Of a stretch of 64,000 bases of DNA, positions 38,806 through 47,163 are shown in pieces. The translations under genes and the position numbers were made by a program. Numbering within the stretch: position 1 is the first letter of the stretch; the number at the start of each line of letters is the position of its first letter. This stretch comes from an uncultured Pseudomonadota bacterium (lineage in GTDB: Bacteria > Vulcanimicrobiota > Vulcanimicrobiia > Eremiobacterales > Eremiobacteraceae): positions 1,888,001-1,952,000 of the forward strand of contig CAVTNB010000001.1 of the NCBI GenBank assembly GCA_963736005.1, read 5' to 3'. Under the pieces are notes generated by a model, which was not told where the DNA came from, did not search any database, and worked only from the letters and a program-made list of their open reading frames with translations.

Positions 38806-39429
38806 ATGATCGTTGGTCTGACCGGTGGTATCGGCTCCGGTAAGACGACCGTCGCGGCGCTCTTCGCACAGAAGGGCGCGTTTGTCATTGACACCGACGT
38901 CATCGCGCGTGAGGTCGTTGCGCCGCCGAGCCCACTCGTTGCGGCCATCCGCCGCGAATTCGGCGACGCCGTGATTGGCTCCGATGATCAAATCGATCGG
39001 CCCGCTCTTGCGCGCATCATTTTCGCCGACGAGCAAAAGCGCCTTCGGTTGAACCAACTGATGCATCCAGAAATTCTCAAGCGAGTGCTCGGTGCCATCG
39101 GCACGCAATCATCAAGCACGGTCATCGTCGTGGTCGTGCCGCTGCTCTTCGAATCAGAATTTGAATCCAATTGCGACCGAGTGGTTGCGGTGATCGCGCC
39201 ACCCGACCTACGGCGTCAGCGCATCGCAGAGCGCGATGGGCTCACAGGGAGCGAAATCGAGGCGCGCATGCGCGCTCAACTCCCTGAAACTGAATACGAG
39301 CGGCGCGCGAACATTCTTGTTCGCAACGATGGAAACTTGACCGCGCTGGGACGCGAAGTGGATAAGGCTTGGGAAAAAATTAACGATCGGACGAGTCAGG
39401 CGCATCATCCAGCAGCTGGGAAACCGTAA
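38806..39429 (+). CDS. coaE: Dephospho-CoA kinase
   Basis: GLTGGIGSGKT, DRPAL, HP, VPLLFE. Confidence 0.95.
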   Translation: MIVGLTGGIGSGKTTVAALFAQKGAFVIDTDVIAREVVAPPSPLVAAIRREFGDAVIGSDDQIDRPALARIIFADEQKRLRLNQLMHPEILKRVLGAIGTQSSSTVIVVVVPLLFESEFESNCDRVVAVIAPPDLRRQRIAERDGLTGSEIEARMRAQLPETEYERRANILVRNDGNLTALGREVDKAWEKINDRTSQAHHPAAGKP

Positions 39430-40138
39430 CGAATCGGTAGCCTCGGCCGCGAAGCCGATCGATGATGACAGGCAGCGCCTCGATGGTTCGGTATTGCCCG
39501 CTGTGCAGCAAGATGATGCCCCCTGGTCCCGCGTCGCTGACAACCCGTCGTACAATCAGCGCGGGCGGGATATCCTTGACGTCGTTTGGGGAATCGCTCC
39601 AAAAGATCGTGTGGTAACCAAGCTCGTGGGCGATGGTCATCACATGAAGGTTGAAGCGCCCGTGGGGTGGTCGAAAGAGCGAGATTGGCTGGTTCGTGAA
39701 CTGTTGCAAGAACGTTCCGTCGGCCAAAATTTGATATTGAATCTGCGCGTCCGGTAACTTCGTGAGGGCGACATGATTGAAGGTGTGATTTCCAAGCTCG
39801 TCACCCGAAGCGACAATGCGCGAAACAAGTTCGGGAAACTCCTGCGCCGAGCGGCCAACGAGGAAAAAGGTGGCATGTACCTGCGAGCGCCCCAACACGT
39901 GGAGCAGCAGCGGCGTGTAAAACGGATACGGGCCATCGTCAAAAGTGAGCGCGATATCCTTGCGCTGCGTGTGGACGCGCCAGACCTCGTCGTACTGCCC
40001 GTAGGCGGCGGCACCGTCGTTCTCGATGGCGGGTACTTCGAGTGGCAGGCTCGTGATCGAGCGTGGTGGCGCGTGGGCCGGCAAGAAAGCTGCGGCATTG
40101 AGAGCAAGCGTGAGCGCAACCACCGCAAGCAGCTTCAT
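39380..40138 (-). CDS. Polysaccharide deacetylase (NodB domain), exported
   Basis: ALTFDDGP, GNHTFNH, FRPPHG, IILLH. Confidence 0.92.
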   Translation of the reverse strand: MKLLAVVALTLALNAAAFLPAHAPPRSITSLPLEVPAIENDGAAAYGQYDEVWRVHTQRKDIALTFDDGPYPFYTPLLLHVLGRSQVHATFFLVGRSAQEFPELVSRIVASGDELGNHTFNHVALTKLPDAQIQYQILADGTFLQQFTNQPISLFRPPHGRFNLHVMTIAHELGYHTIFWSDSPNDVKDIPPALIVRRVVSDAGPGGIILLHSGQYRTIEALPVIIDRLRGRGYRFVTVSQLLDDAPDSSDR

Positions 40139-40680
40139 TGTGGCAACTCGGGTGCCGTCCAGACCTGACCGAAAGCTGCCAGAAAGTCTTCGTCGGTCAG
40201 CGCGGCATTATCTCGAAGGGTCTCGTATGTCTTGCGGTCTGCCGACACGGAAAAGACCGTGCTTTCAACTGCCGTGGCCTGCGCTTTTGCGACTGGTATG
40301 GTGGCCCAAACGTCGAGTGCCTGGATTTGCGGAAATTGATCGAACGTTGTTCGAATGAGCGCTACGGCTTCGCGGTCGAGCTCGGGCTCCGGCAGATCTT
40401 GTGGTTCGTGCGGCACGCGCGCCGAGAAGCGGATGCCTGCCGACTGGTAGCCGGCCGCATCGAAGACATAGACCTTCAATACGTTATGGGTCGGCAAAAC
40501 TTTGTACGTTGCGTCAAACAGGCGATCTTCTAGCGAGGGCGTGACGCCTTCGATCCATGGAGCGGCTTCGGCGTGGTGACCCACGAGGCGCGAGGATGCT
40601 CCATGAAGCGCGCCGAGCGAGGGCGTGGCCGCAACCAAAAAAAGGGCAGCTCCGTAGGCTGCGATTCCGATGACCTTCAT
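40135..40680 (-). CDS. Hypothetical exported protein
   Basis: Signal-like N-terminus; overlaps the deacetylase start. Confidence 0.55.
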   Translation of the reverse strand: MKVIGIAAYGAALFLVAATPSLGALHGASSRLVGHHAEAAPWIEGVTPSLEDRLFDATYKVLPTHNVLKVYVFDAAGYQSAGIRFSARVPHEPQDLPEPELDREAVALIRTTFDQFPQIQALDVWATIPVAKAQATAVESTVFSVSADRKTYETLRDNAALTDEDFLAAFGQVWTAPELPQ

Positions 40681-40785
40681 GGCAGTTGAGAAACGACAAA
40701 AAGCGACGTTTCGTTTCACGCTCCTGGACAGCATTATACCGCGTGCGCGACCTCGGTCAAGGCCTCCCGAGTGCGAACGAGTGGG

Positions 40786-42375
40786 TTAGAGGTCCCTTCC
40801 CCGGCGCAAAACGCGGCCGGAACGAATGCCGGTGACAGCTGCATTGCGCACCACCGCTTTACCGTTGACGAAGACGTGCACGATCCCGTCGGCATAGCGG
40901 TGGGGCTCCTCATAGGTGGCTGCGTCGGCGATCTGCTCGGCGTCGAAGACCACAAGGTCCGCAAAGTTCTCGGGCTCGAGGATGCCTCGCCCTCGCAGGC
41001 CGAGCCGGCGCGCAGCTAGGGAGGTTGCCCGGCGCACGGCTTCCGTCAATGAAAGCAGCGCCGTGTCGCGCACGTACCGTTTGAAAATTCGCGGGAACGT
41101 CCCATACGCGCGCGGGTGTGGCTTGCCCGCCGACGTGATTCCCTCGATCGCCCGGACTGAAGCGTCGCTTCCGATGGTCGTGTGTTGGTACGAGAGCACC
41201 GTGCGCACGTCATCCTCGCACATGGTAAAGTAGATGGCCGAGACGTCGAGCTTTTCGTCCACTAAGAGGCGCAAGGCAGCGGCCACGGGCGTGCGCCCCG
41301 TGGCCTGCGCGATATCCGCCACGCTCATGCCTTCGTAGTGACGGTTCGTTAGCGATCCAACCGAGGAGACGAACACTTCGTGCCAGCGCCCGCCGTAGTC
41401 GAGTTCGACCCGGGCGGCGACGAGCGTCGCATAGCGGGGATCGGAGAGCCGCGACGCAATCTGGTCGGCCGAGCCAACGCGAACGTCATCGGGAAGGATG
41501 ACGTCCAAGCCGGTCGACGAGGCCTTGTACGGATACTGATCCAAAACGACGTCTAATCCCAAATTGCGCGCGCGTTCAACGTTCGAGAGCGTGTCATGGA
41601 CTTTTCCCCAGTTCCGGCTTCGTGATGCTTTGTGGTGCGAAAGCTGCACTGCACATTGCGCTCTGCGTCCCACCTCGATCGCTTCATCCACGGCTTCAAT
41701 CAGACGGTCGCCTTCGCTGCGAATGTGCGATGCATACAGCGGGCTGCCAGCGGCCGCCGCCGCCTGTGCGAGGGCAACGAGTTCGTCCTCGTCAGCAAAG
41801 CTGCCAGGTGGATAGATAAGACCAGAAGAGACGCCAATCGCGCCCTGTTCGCAAGCCTCGCGCACGAGAAGCTGCGCCCGCAGTTGGGTCTCACGATCCA
41901 ACGGCTCAGGGGTGACGGCGTCCACAGCGCTGCGAATCGTTCCCAAACCGGCAAGGCAACAAAAGTTGATTGCGGGCGCAGCTTGTTCCAGCACGTGAAA
42001 GAATCCATCGACGTCGGTCCAGCTTGGTTCAAAGTCGTAGTGCCGGCGCAACTCTTCGCGGCGCTCGGCAAGGGCAAGGCCAGCAAGGGGAGCTGGAGAT
42101 GCGCCACAGTTGCCCCCGACCTCGGTCGTGATGCCTTGGAGGATCTTACTGTTAGCGCTGGGGAGGACCAGCAATATTTCATCTGAGTGACCATGCATGT
42201 CAATGAAACCAGGCGCGACAATAAGGCCACGACAGTTCACGCGAGTCGCCGCTTCTGTCTCGCTGCAGTCGCCGATGCGTGCGATTCTCTCCTCTTTGAT
42301 CGCGACATCAGTGGTAAACGGCTGGCGGCCGGTGCCGTCACAAATGCAACCACCTTCAAGAACGACGTCGAGCAT
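40786..42375 (-). CDS. N-acyl-D-amino-acid deacylase (amidohydrolase)
   Basis: APGFIDMHGHSD, GNCG, SSGLIYPPG, HIRSE, GSD, HPRAYGTFPR. Confidence 0.9.
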   Translation of the reverse strand: MLDVVLEGGCICDGTGRQPFTTDVAIKEERIARIGDCSETEAATRVNCRGLIVAPGFIDMHGHSDEILLVLPSANSKILQGITTEVGGNCGASPAPLAGLALAERREELRRHYDFEPSWTDVDGFFHVLEQAAPAINFCCLAGLGTIRSAVDAVTPEPLDRETQLRAQLLVREACEQGAIGVSSGLIYPPGSFADEDELVALAQAAAAAGSPLYASHIRSEGDRLIEAVDEAIEVGRRAQCAVQLSHHKASRSRNWGKVHDTLSNVERARNLGLDVVLDQYPYKASSTGLDVILPDDVRVGSADQIASRLSDPRYATLVAARVELDYGGRWHEVFVSSVGSLTNRHYEGMSVADIAQATGRTPVAAALRLLVDEKLDVSAIYFTMCEDDVRTVLSYQHTTIGSDASVRAIEGITSAGKPHPRAYGTFPRIFKRYVRDTALLSLTEAVRRATSLAARRLGLRGRGILEPENFADLVVFDAEQIADAATYEEPHRYADGIVHVFVNGKAVVRNAAVTGIRSGRVLRRGRDL

Positions 42376-42430
42376 CGCGGTAACATTTCGTCGTAGCCTC
42401 TCGTGCACGCCTGTATTGGAACGTTCTCGT

Positions 42431-42456
42431 GGTTTGCGAACAAGGCAAACGGGTAA
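42431..42456 (+). promoter_or_regulatory. SigB/SigF-type stress promoter candidate
   Basis: GGTTT-N15-GGGTAA, about 55 nt upstream of the KGG-protein start. Confidence 0.5.
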
Positions 42457-42511
42457 GAGCACCTCAGGTTAGAGCACACTCCGTACTCTCTTTTGGAGGA
42501 CCTCGATCGCA

Positions 42512-42727
42512 ATGAACCATGATGGAACAGGGATGACCGTCCGAGAAGCCGGGAAAAAAGGCGGGGATATCGTGAAGACCAAATACGGCCCGCAATTTTA
42601 TTCCGAGATTGGTCGCAAGGGCGGGGAAAGTACGAAGCGCCGCCACGGAACTCGCTTTTACGAAGCAATTGGCCACCGAGGTGGGCAACGCTCGAAAGCC
42701 CTCGGCAACGAAAGTCCAAGCGCATGA
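42512..42727 (+). CDS. KGG-repeat general stress protein (GsiB/Em-like)
   Basis: MTVREAGKKGG, FYSEIGRKGG repeats; GGAGG RBS. Confidence 0.85.
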   Translation: MNHDGTGMTVREAGKKGGDIVKTKYGPQFYSEIGRKGGESTKRRHGTRFYEAIGHRGGQRSKALGNESPSA

Positions 42728-43020
42728 CGCGGGAAGGGTCCCGCAAGATGGGCGGCGACATGAGCGTCCGCGAGGCTGGCAAACGTGGCGGAGATGCCGT
42801 GCGCGCGAAATACGGTCCGACGTTTTATGAAGAGATCGGGCGTAAAGGCGGAACGTCCACAAAACAACGCCACGGGCCGGAGTTTTTCGAAAGCATAGGA
42901 CAAAAAGGCGGCAACGCAGTCAAGGACAAGTACGGTCAGACGTTTTACGAAGAAATTGGTCACAAAGGTGGTCAAAAAGTAAAGCGACTGATCGAAGAGG
43001 CAAAGCGCGCGGCGCGCTAG
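42724..43020 (+). CDS. KGG-repeat general stress protein (GsiB/Em-like)
   Basis: MSVREAGKRGG, FYEEIGRKGG and related 20-aa repeats. Confidence 0.88.
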   Translation: MTREGSRKMGGDMSVREAGKRGGDAVRAKYGPTFYEEIGRKGGTSTKQRHGPEFFESIGQKGGNAVKDKYGQTFYEEIGHKGGQKVKRLIEEAKRAAR

Positions 43021-43076
43021 GGCGCAGGTGGCCGGCCAATCGTGACCGCGACAAGGTAGGCGGCGACCGTTAACAA

Positions 43077-44165
43077 ATGCCTACGCTATTCATGGGTAAC
43101 CTCGACGCATCATCATTTCGCTCGATCGACCCCGAGGATATGCTTGGGGCCATTTTGGGCTTGCCCGAACAAGTGGACGACGCCAAACGTCTTGCGCTCG
43201 GCGTTTCGTTTGACGCGCTCGCCGGGCGAACGTTTTCTTCGCTCGTCATTGCTGGTATGGGGGGCTCGGCCATCGGCGGTGATTTTCTCCGAGCGGGCTA
43301 TGAAGCGACCCTGCGCTTGCCGGTAACGGTCGTCCGTGACTATCATCTGCCAGGGTATGTGGATTCGGAAACGCTCGTTTTTGCGGCGAGCAATTCGGGC
43401 AAGACGGAAGAAACGCTGTCGTGCTACGACCTGGCCAAAAAAGCAAAGGCGGGTATCGTTGCCTTTACGACCGGCGGCCGGTTGGCGGAGCTGGCCTTGG
43501 CGGACGGGGTCACGCTCGTGTCGTTTCCAGGCGGGTTGCAGCCGCGGGCCGCGCTGGGGTATTCGTTCGTGCCGCTGATCGTCGCGTCTGCGCGTCTTGG
43601 GTTGCTACCCGAGGTGCTGCTCGACGACATCGACGAGGCGAGCGCCGTGCTGCGGGCCGTGCGCAACGAGTGCAATCCCGAAGTGGCGTCGGCGAATAAT
43701 CCTGCAAAGGCGCTGGCCCAGAGCTACCTTGGAAAGATCCCGGTTATCTACGGCTCGCAGGGTGAGCGCGGCGTCGTCGCCTATCGTTGGAAAACCCAGA
43801 TTAATGAGAACGCCAAGGCGTATGCGGTTGCAAACGTGTTCCCCGAGCTCAACCACAACGAGACCGTCGGATGGAGCGGTTCGCACGGCCAAGGTGATCC
43901 CGAACGCGCTCTCGTTGTCACCATGTTGCGCGACGACCGCGAGCCGTCGCAGATCCGCAAGCGCGTCGAGCTGACGAAGCAGATTATCAGCCGTCGCAAC
44001 ATCACCATGAGCGACGTGTGGGCGCGCGGCGAAAGCGTGCTCTCGCGAATGCTCTCGCTCGTCTATGTCGGAGATTTCGCATCATATTATCTCGCGATAG
44101 CGTACGGTGAGGATCCAACGCCCGTGCGCGTCATTGACTGGCTCAAGTCCGAACTCGCAAAATAA
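43077..44165 (+). CDS. Bifunctional phosphoglucose/phosphomannose isomerase
   Basis: GMGGSAIGG, SNSGKTEET, QPRAAL, RWKTQINENAK, PELNHNE. Confidence 0.92.
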   Translation: MPTLFMGNLDASSFRSIDPEDMLGAILGLPEQVDDAKRLALGVSFDALAGRTFSSLVIAGMGGSAIGGDFLRAGYEATLRLPVTVVRDYHLPGYVDSETLVFAASNSGKTEETLSCYDLAKKAKAGIVAFTTGGRLAELALADGVTLVSFPGGLQPRAALGYSFVPLIVASARLGLLPEVLLDDIDEASAVLRAVRNECNPEVASANNPAKALAQSYLGKIPVIYGSQGERGVVAYRWKTQINENAKAYAVANVFPELNHNETVGWSGSHGQGDPERALVVTMLRDDREPSQIRKRVELTKQIISRRNITMSDVWARGESVLSRMLSLVYVGDFASYYLAIAYGEDPTPVRVIDWLKSELAK

Positions 44166-44171
44166 GGTAAT

Positions 44172-44243
44172 GTAGTCGCGCGAATTTATTCGCGCTGGGG
44201 CGATTTTCCAATCGCCCAAGCGGACCTAAAGGTCCGCTGCTAC
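44172..44243. repeat. Three-class REP mosaic (B + A + D)
   Basis: gtagtcgcgcgaatttattcgcgc / gggcgattttccaatcgccc / agcggacctaaaggtccgctgctac. Confidence 0.85.
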
Positions 44244-44812
44244 ATGCCGCTGCCGTGGATTGATGTTGTGCCAAGCGACGACGTGCCGTTGACGAAATTG
44301 GCTTGCAGATGCGATGTCGCGAAATCGTAACCTTTGTAGCGCACGCGCACTTCGCTCGGGCAGGTGAGCATCTGCAGCGGATTGTTCCAGAGAACATTTT
44401 CGGTCCTAAGATCCGAGAGATCGCGCGGTCGAACGCTCCAGATGTGCACCGCCCCGCTTGCGGTATAGTTTTGCGAGCGCATGTCGAGCGTCACCTGAGC
44501 CGCGGTGAGCACGTACGCCGGCTTGCCGCCGAGGTAGTAGGTTCCGCGACGAACGTTGTGATAGGTGGTCATTTGCCCATCGGTGCTGAGTTCAGAACTA
44601 TCCGCAGCAAACTTCCAACCGAGTTGGGTGCCTCGCTCGCCTTGACCGACGATCTGGTGCATCTGGATTTGCGGCTGGCCGACCGTCGTGGGCTGGTCGG
44701 GAGTCAAGAGGGCGCTCACCAAGAAGTAGGCGGCCGTGCCAAAGAGCGCCAGGGCGATGATTGCAACCCACAGACCAGGTCGCTGCGAAAAAGATTGAGC
44801 GAGGTATTTCAC
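44240..44812 (-). CDS. LptC-like membrane-anchored beta-jellyroll protein
   Basis: Single N-terminal TM, beta-rich periplasmic part (LRTENVLWNN); coupled to lnt in an lpt cluster. Confidence 0.6.
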   Translation of the reverse strand: MKYLAQSFSQRPGLWVAIIALALFGTAAYFLVSALLTPDQPTTVGQPQIQMHQIVGQGERGTQLGWKFAADSSELSTDGQMTTYHNVRRGTYYLGGKPAYVLTAAQVTLDMRSQNYTASGAVHIWSVRPRDLSDLRTENVLWNNPLQMLTCPSEVRVRYKGYDFATSHLQANFVNGTSSLGTTSIHGSGM

Positions 44813-46374
44813 GCTCCGCCCCGCTTGGAACGCCATCCCACGGCGCCCGTTCGCGTCCTGATGAACCCCGCAATCAAAACCAGCAGCGCGAGGCTAAGCA
44901 ACCAGGCGATCCCAAAGCGATCATAGGGCGTCACGACTCCGCGCCCGATGTCCGCGACAATCGCACCCTGTCGATCGATGGGAAGGAGCGCGACGATGTT
45001 GCCCTTCGGATCGACGATCATCGAAATTCCGGTATCGGCGCCTCGAACGATCCAGCGACCTGTTGAAACCGCGTCAACGATCGCTACGTCTGCATGCTGA
45101 TCCGGGCCTGTCGTTCCGCCGAACCATGCGTCGTCAGTCGCGACAATGATGGCGTCCGAGCCCGCGTTGGCAGTCGCACGGGCGTATGGAGCGAACGCCG
45201 ATTCGTAACAAATGAGCACACCCCATTGGAACCCGGCTGCCGGGAGCAGATGAGGTCCGGGTCCGGAAAGAAAGCGCGACACGTTGTCCATGATTGGGAT
45301 CCGCGCCAGTACACCTTCCCATGGAAGATACTCAGCAAAAGGAACAAGCCAGCGCTTGTGATAGACGCCGCCCACCCTGCGCTTTGGGCTCAAATCAAGC
45401 ATCGAGTTGTAATAGGTGTCGGCGTTTGGTTTGTCGATCGCGCCCGTTATCAGCCAAACATTCGACCGTTGCGCAATTGACTCAAGCGCACTCAGGAGGA
45501 GCGGATCCTGCAGAGGCCAGGACGTCACTGCCGTCTCGGGCCAGACGACGAGCTTCGCGCCGCGCGCCGACGCTTTTTGCGTCAGCGCAGCATAGGTCGC
45601 GATGGTCTGGGCAAAGATGGCGGGCGACCACTTTTCGATTTGCGAGATATTTCCCTGAGCGATGCCCACGCGCAGGGAAGGAGGGGGCATCGTCATGTGG
45701 CTGCGCCGCGTGTCGCAAAAGACGATAAGCACCACGAGCACGACAAGCACGATGCCGCCAACGCGGCGCGCTTGAGGCGTGCCCGCAATGATCCCGGCGA
45801 TTGCTCCGTTGGCGAGCGCGATCACGCAAGTAAGGAGATAGACGCCGCCATAGGCGGCGAGCGGAAGCAACCAAGGCAGATGGACCGCCGCAAGACCAAG
45901 CTCTCCGAACGGCACGCCAAGCGATCCACGCGTGCGCCACGTTTCACCGAGCAGCCATGCAGCAGGCGCGGCAAAAATTGCGATGGTTCGAAATTCTCCG
46001 CGACAGACAAGCGACGTTGCGAGAGCGATGAACGCAATGTTGAGTCCCTGCCACAGACAGATGAGCACGAGTCCCAAAACCCACCAGCCGCCGATGAACG
46101 TGCTGAGCGAATGCGTAGTCCAATTCAGCAGCAAACCAAAGAGGATGACGCCCGCAAGCAAGCCCCAGGCGAATGCTTCTTTCCAGGACGATTTTGACCA
46201 GAGCAAGAAGAGCGGGACCAGCGCGATGAACGCAAAGATGCCCCAGTCAAGTTTCGGAAACGCAAGACTCAACAAGAGCGGTCCAAGCACGGATGCCCCC
46301 AGCGCCTGTGGCCAACGAATGGCAGGCTGGCTTGCGATGACATATCGAACTGCCGGGGCGGATACAGCGCTCAT
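44809..46374 (-). CDS. lnt: Apolipoprotein N-acyltransferase
   Basis: QGNI, VWPETA, YHKRWLVPFAEY, LICYES catalytic triad motifs; N-terminal TMs. Confidence 0.93.
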   Translation of the reverse strand: MSAVSAPAVRYVIASQPAIRWPQALGASVLGPLLLSLAFPKLDWGIFAFIALVPLFLLWSKSSWKEAFAWGLLAGVILFGLLLNWTTHSLSTFIGGWWVLGLVLICLWQGLNIAFIALATSLVCRGEFRTIAIFAAPAAWLLGETWRTRGSLGVPFGELGLAAVHLPWLLPLAAYGGVYLLTCVIALANGAIAGIIAGTPQARRVGGIVLVVLVVLIVFCDTRRSHMTMPPPSLRVGIAQGNISQIEKWSPAIFAQTIATYAALTQKASARGAKLVVWPETAVTSWPLQDPLLLSALESIAQRSNVWLITGAIDKPNADTYYNSMLDLSPKRRVGGVYHKRWLVPFAEYLPWEGVLARIPIMDNVSRFLSGPGPHLLPAAGFQWGVLICYESAFAPYARATANAGSDAIIVATDDAWFGGTTGPDQHADVAIVDAVSTGRWIVRGADTGISMIVDPKGNIVALLPIDRQGAIVADIGRGVVTPYDRFGIAWLLSLALLVLIAGFIRTRTGAVGWRSKRGGA

Positions 46375-47155
46375 GTGCATACGAACGATTCGGCGTCCAG
46401 CGGCGTTAGGCTTGGTGGCCATAGTGGCTGCGTTTGCGGTTTCGGGGTGCGGCCGTGGCCCCGTTGAGCCTCCACCGCTCATCACTACCCTTCCGTCAAT
46501 CCAATTCCAGCTCTACGTGCAAGGTCAAATCACCCCGAGTCAGGGGAACTACATCATCGCAATCAACGCCAACCTCAATTCAACGACGAATGTCAACGCA
46601 GTCGCAGGAGAGACGCCCGGCGAACCGACCGCCCAAGAAGCCCAGGGCACGCCCGCCCTGTATACCCACTGGGATCAGTCGCTCGTGTATGGGTCGTCAA
46701 CCATGGCACAACCCAACGGCTTTCTCTACAACTACAAAGTGTTAACGGGCGGAGCGGGGACCGCAACTGCGAGTTTTTTCCCGATCGTTCTAACGAGCAA
46801 CCAGTTCCAACTGATTCCCAACGGCAGCGTGGGCACCGGCAGCGGTAACGTCTTGAGCATCACCATACCCTTGTCTCAAATTTCGGTTCGAGGCAATCCC
46901 AACGGTTCCAACCCACCCACAATCTCAAAGCCAGCCGTGACGCAAATATATGTGAACTATATTACGACGGATACAACTGGCGCGCCGCAAGACCAACTTG
47001 GAGCGAATGGCCTCGGTACGTCTGGTTTCACGCTTACCGTGGATGCCAACCCATCCTCACCGACGACCGTTCAGATCCCAAACCTTTGCAACTCAACGTG
47101 TCCAAGCAATCCAAACCTGTTCATCACCGGCGGTCAAATCCTCGTGACGCCTTAA
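46373..47155 (+). CDS. Hypothetical lipoprotein, Asn/Thr/Pro-rich
   Basis: RTIRR n-region, hydrophobic h-region, lipobox VSGC; beta-rich body. Confidence 0.65.
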   Translation: MCIRTIRRPAALGLVAIVAAFAVSGCGRGPVEPPPLITTLPSIQFQLYVQGQITPSQGNYIIAINANLNSTTNVNAVAGETPGEPTAQEAQGTPALYTHWDQSLVYGSSTMAQPNGFLYNYKVLTGGAGTATASFFPIVLTSNQFQLIPNGSVGTGSGNVLSITIPLSQISVRGNPNGSNPPTISKPAVTQIYVNYITTDTTGAPQDQLGANGLGTSGFTLTVDANPSSPTTVQIPNLCNSTCPSNPNLFITGGQILVTP

Positions 47156-47163
47156 CGCTCACC

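Noticed and set aside
42512..43020. 60-bp periodic DNA repeats as a non-coding array
   Set aside because: Explained by 20-aa KGG protein repeats with synonymous variation
45932..46372. N-terminal 147 aa of ORF 45932-47155
   Set aside because: Overlaps lnt on the opposite strand; the signal peptide and lipobox indicate a start at 46373
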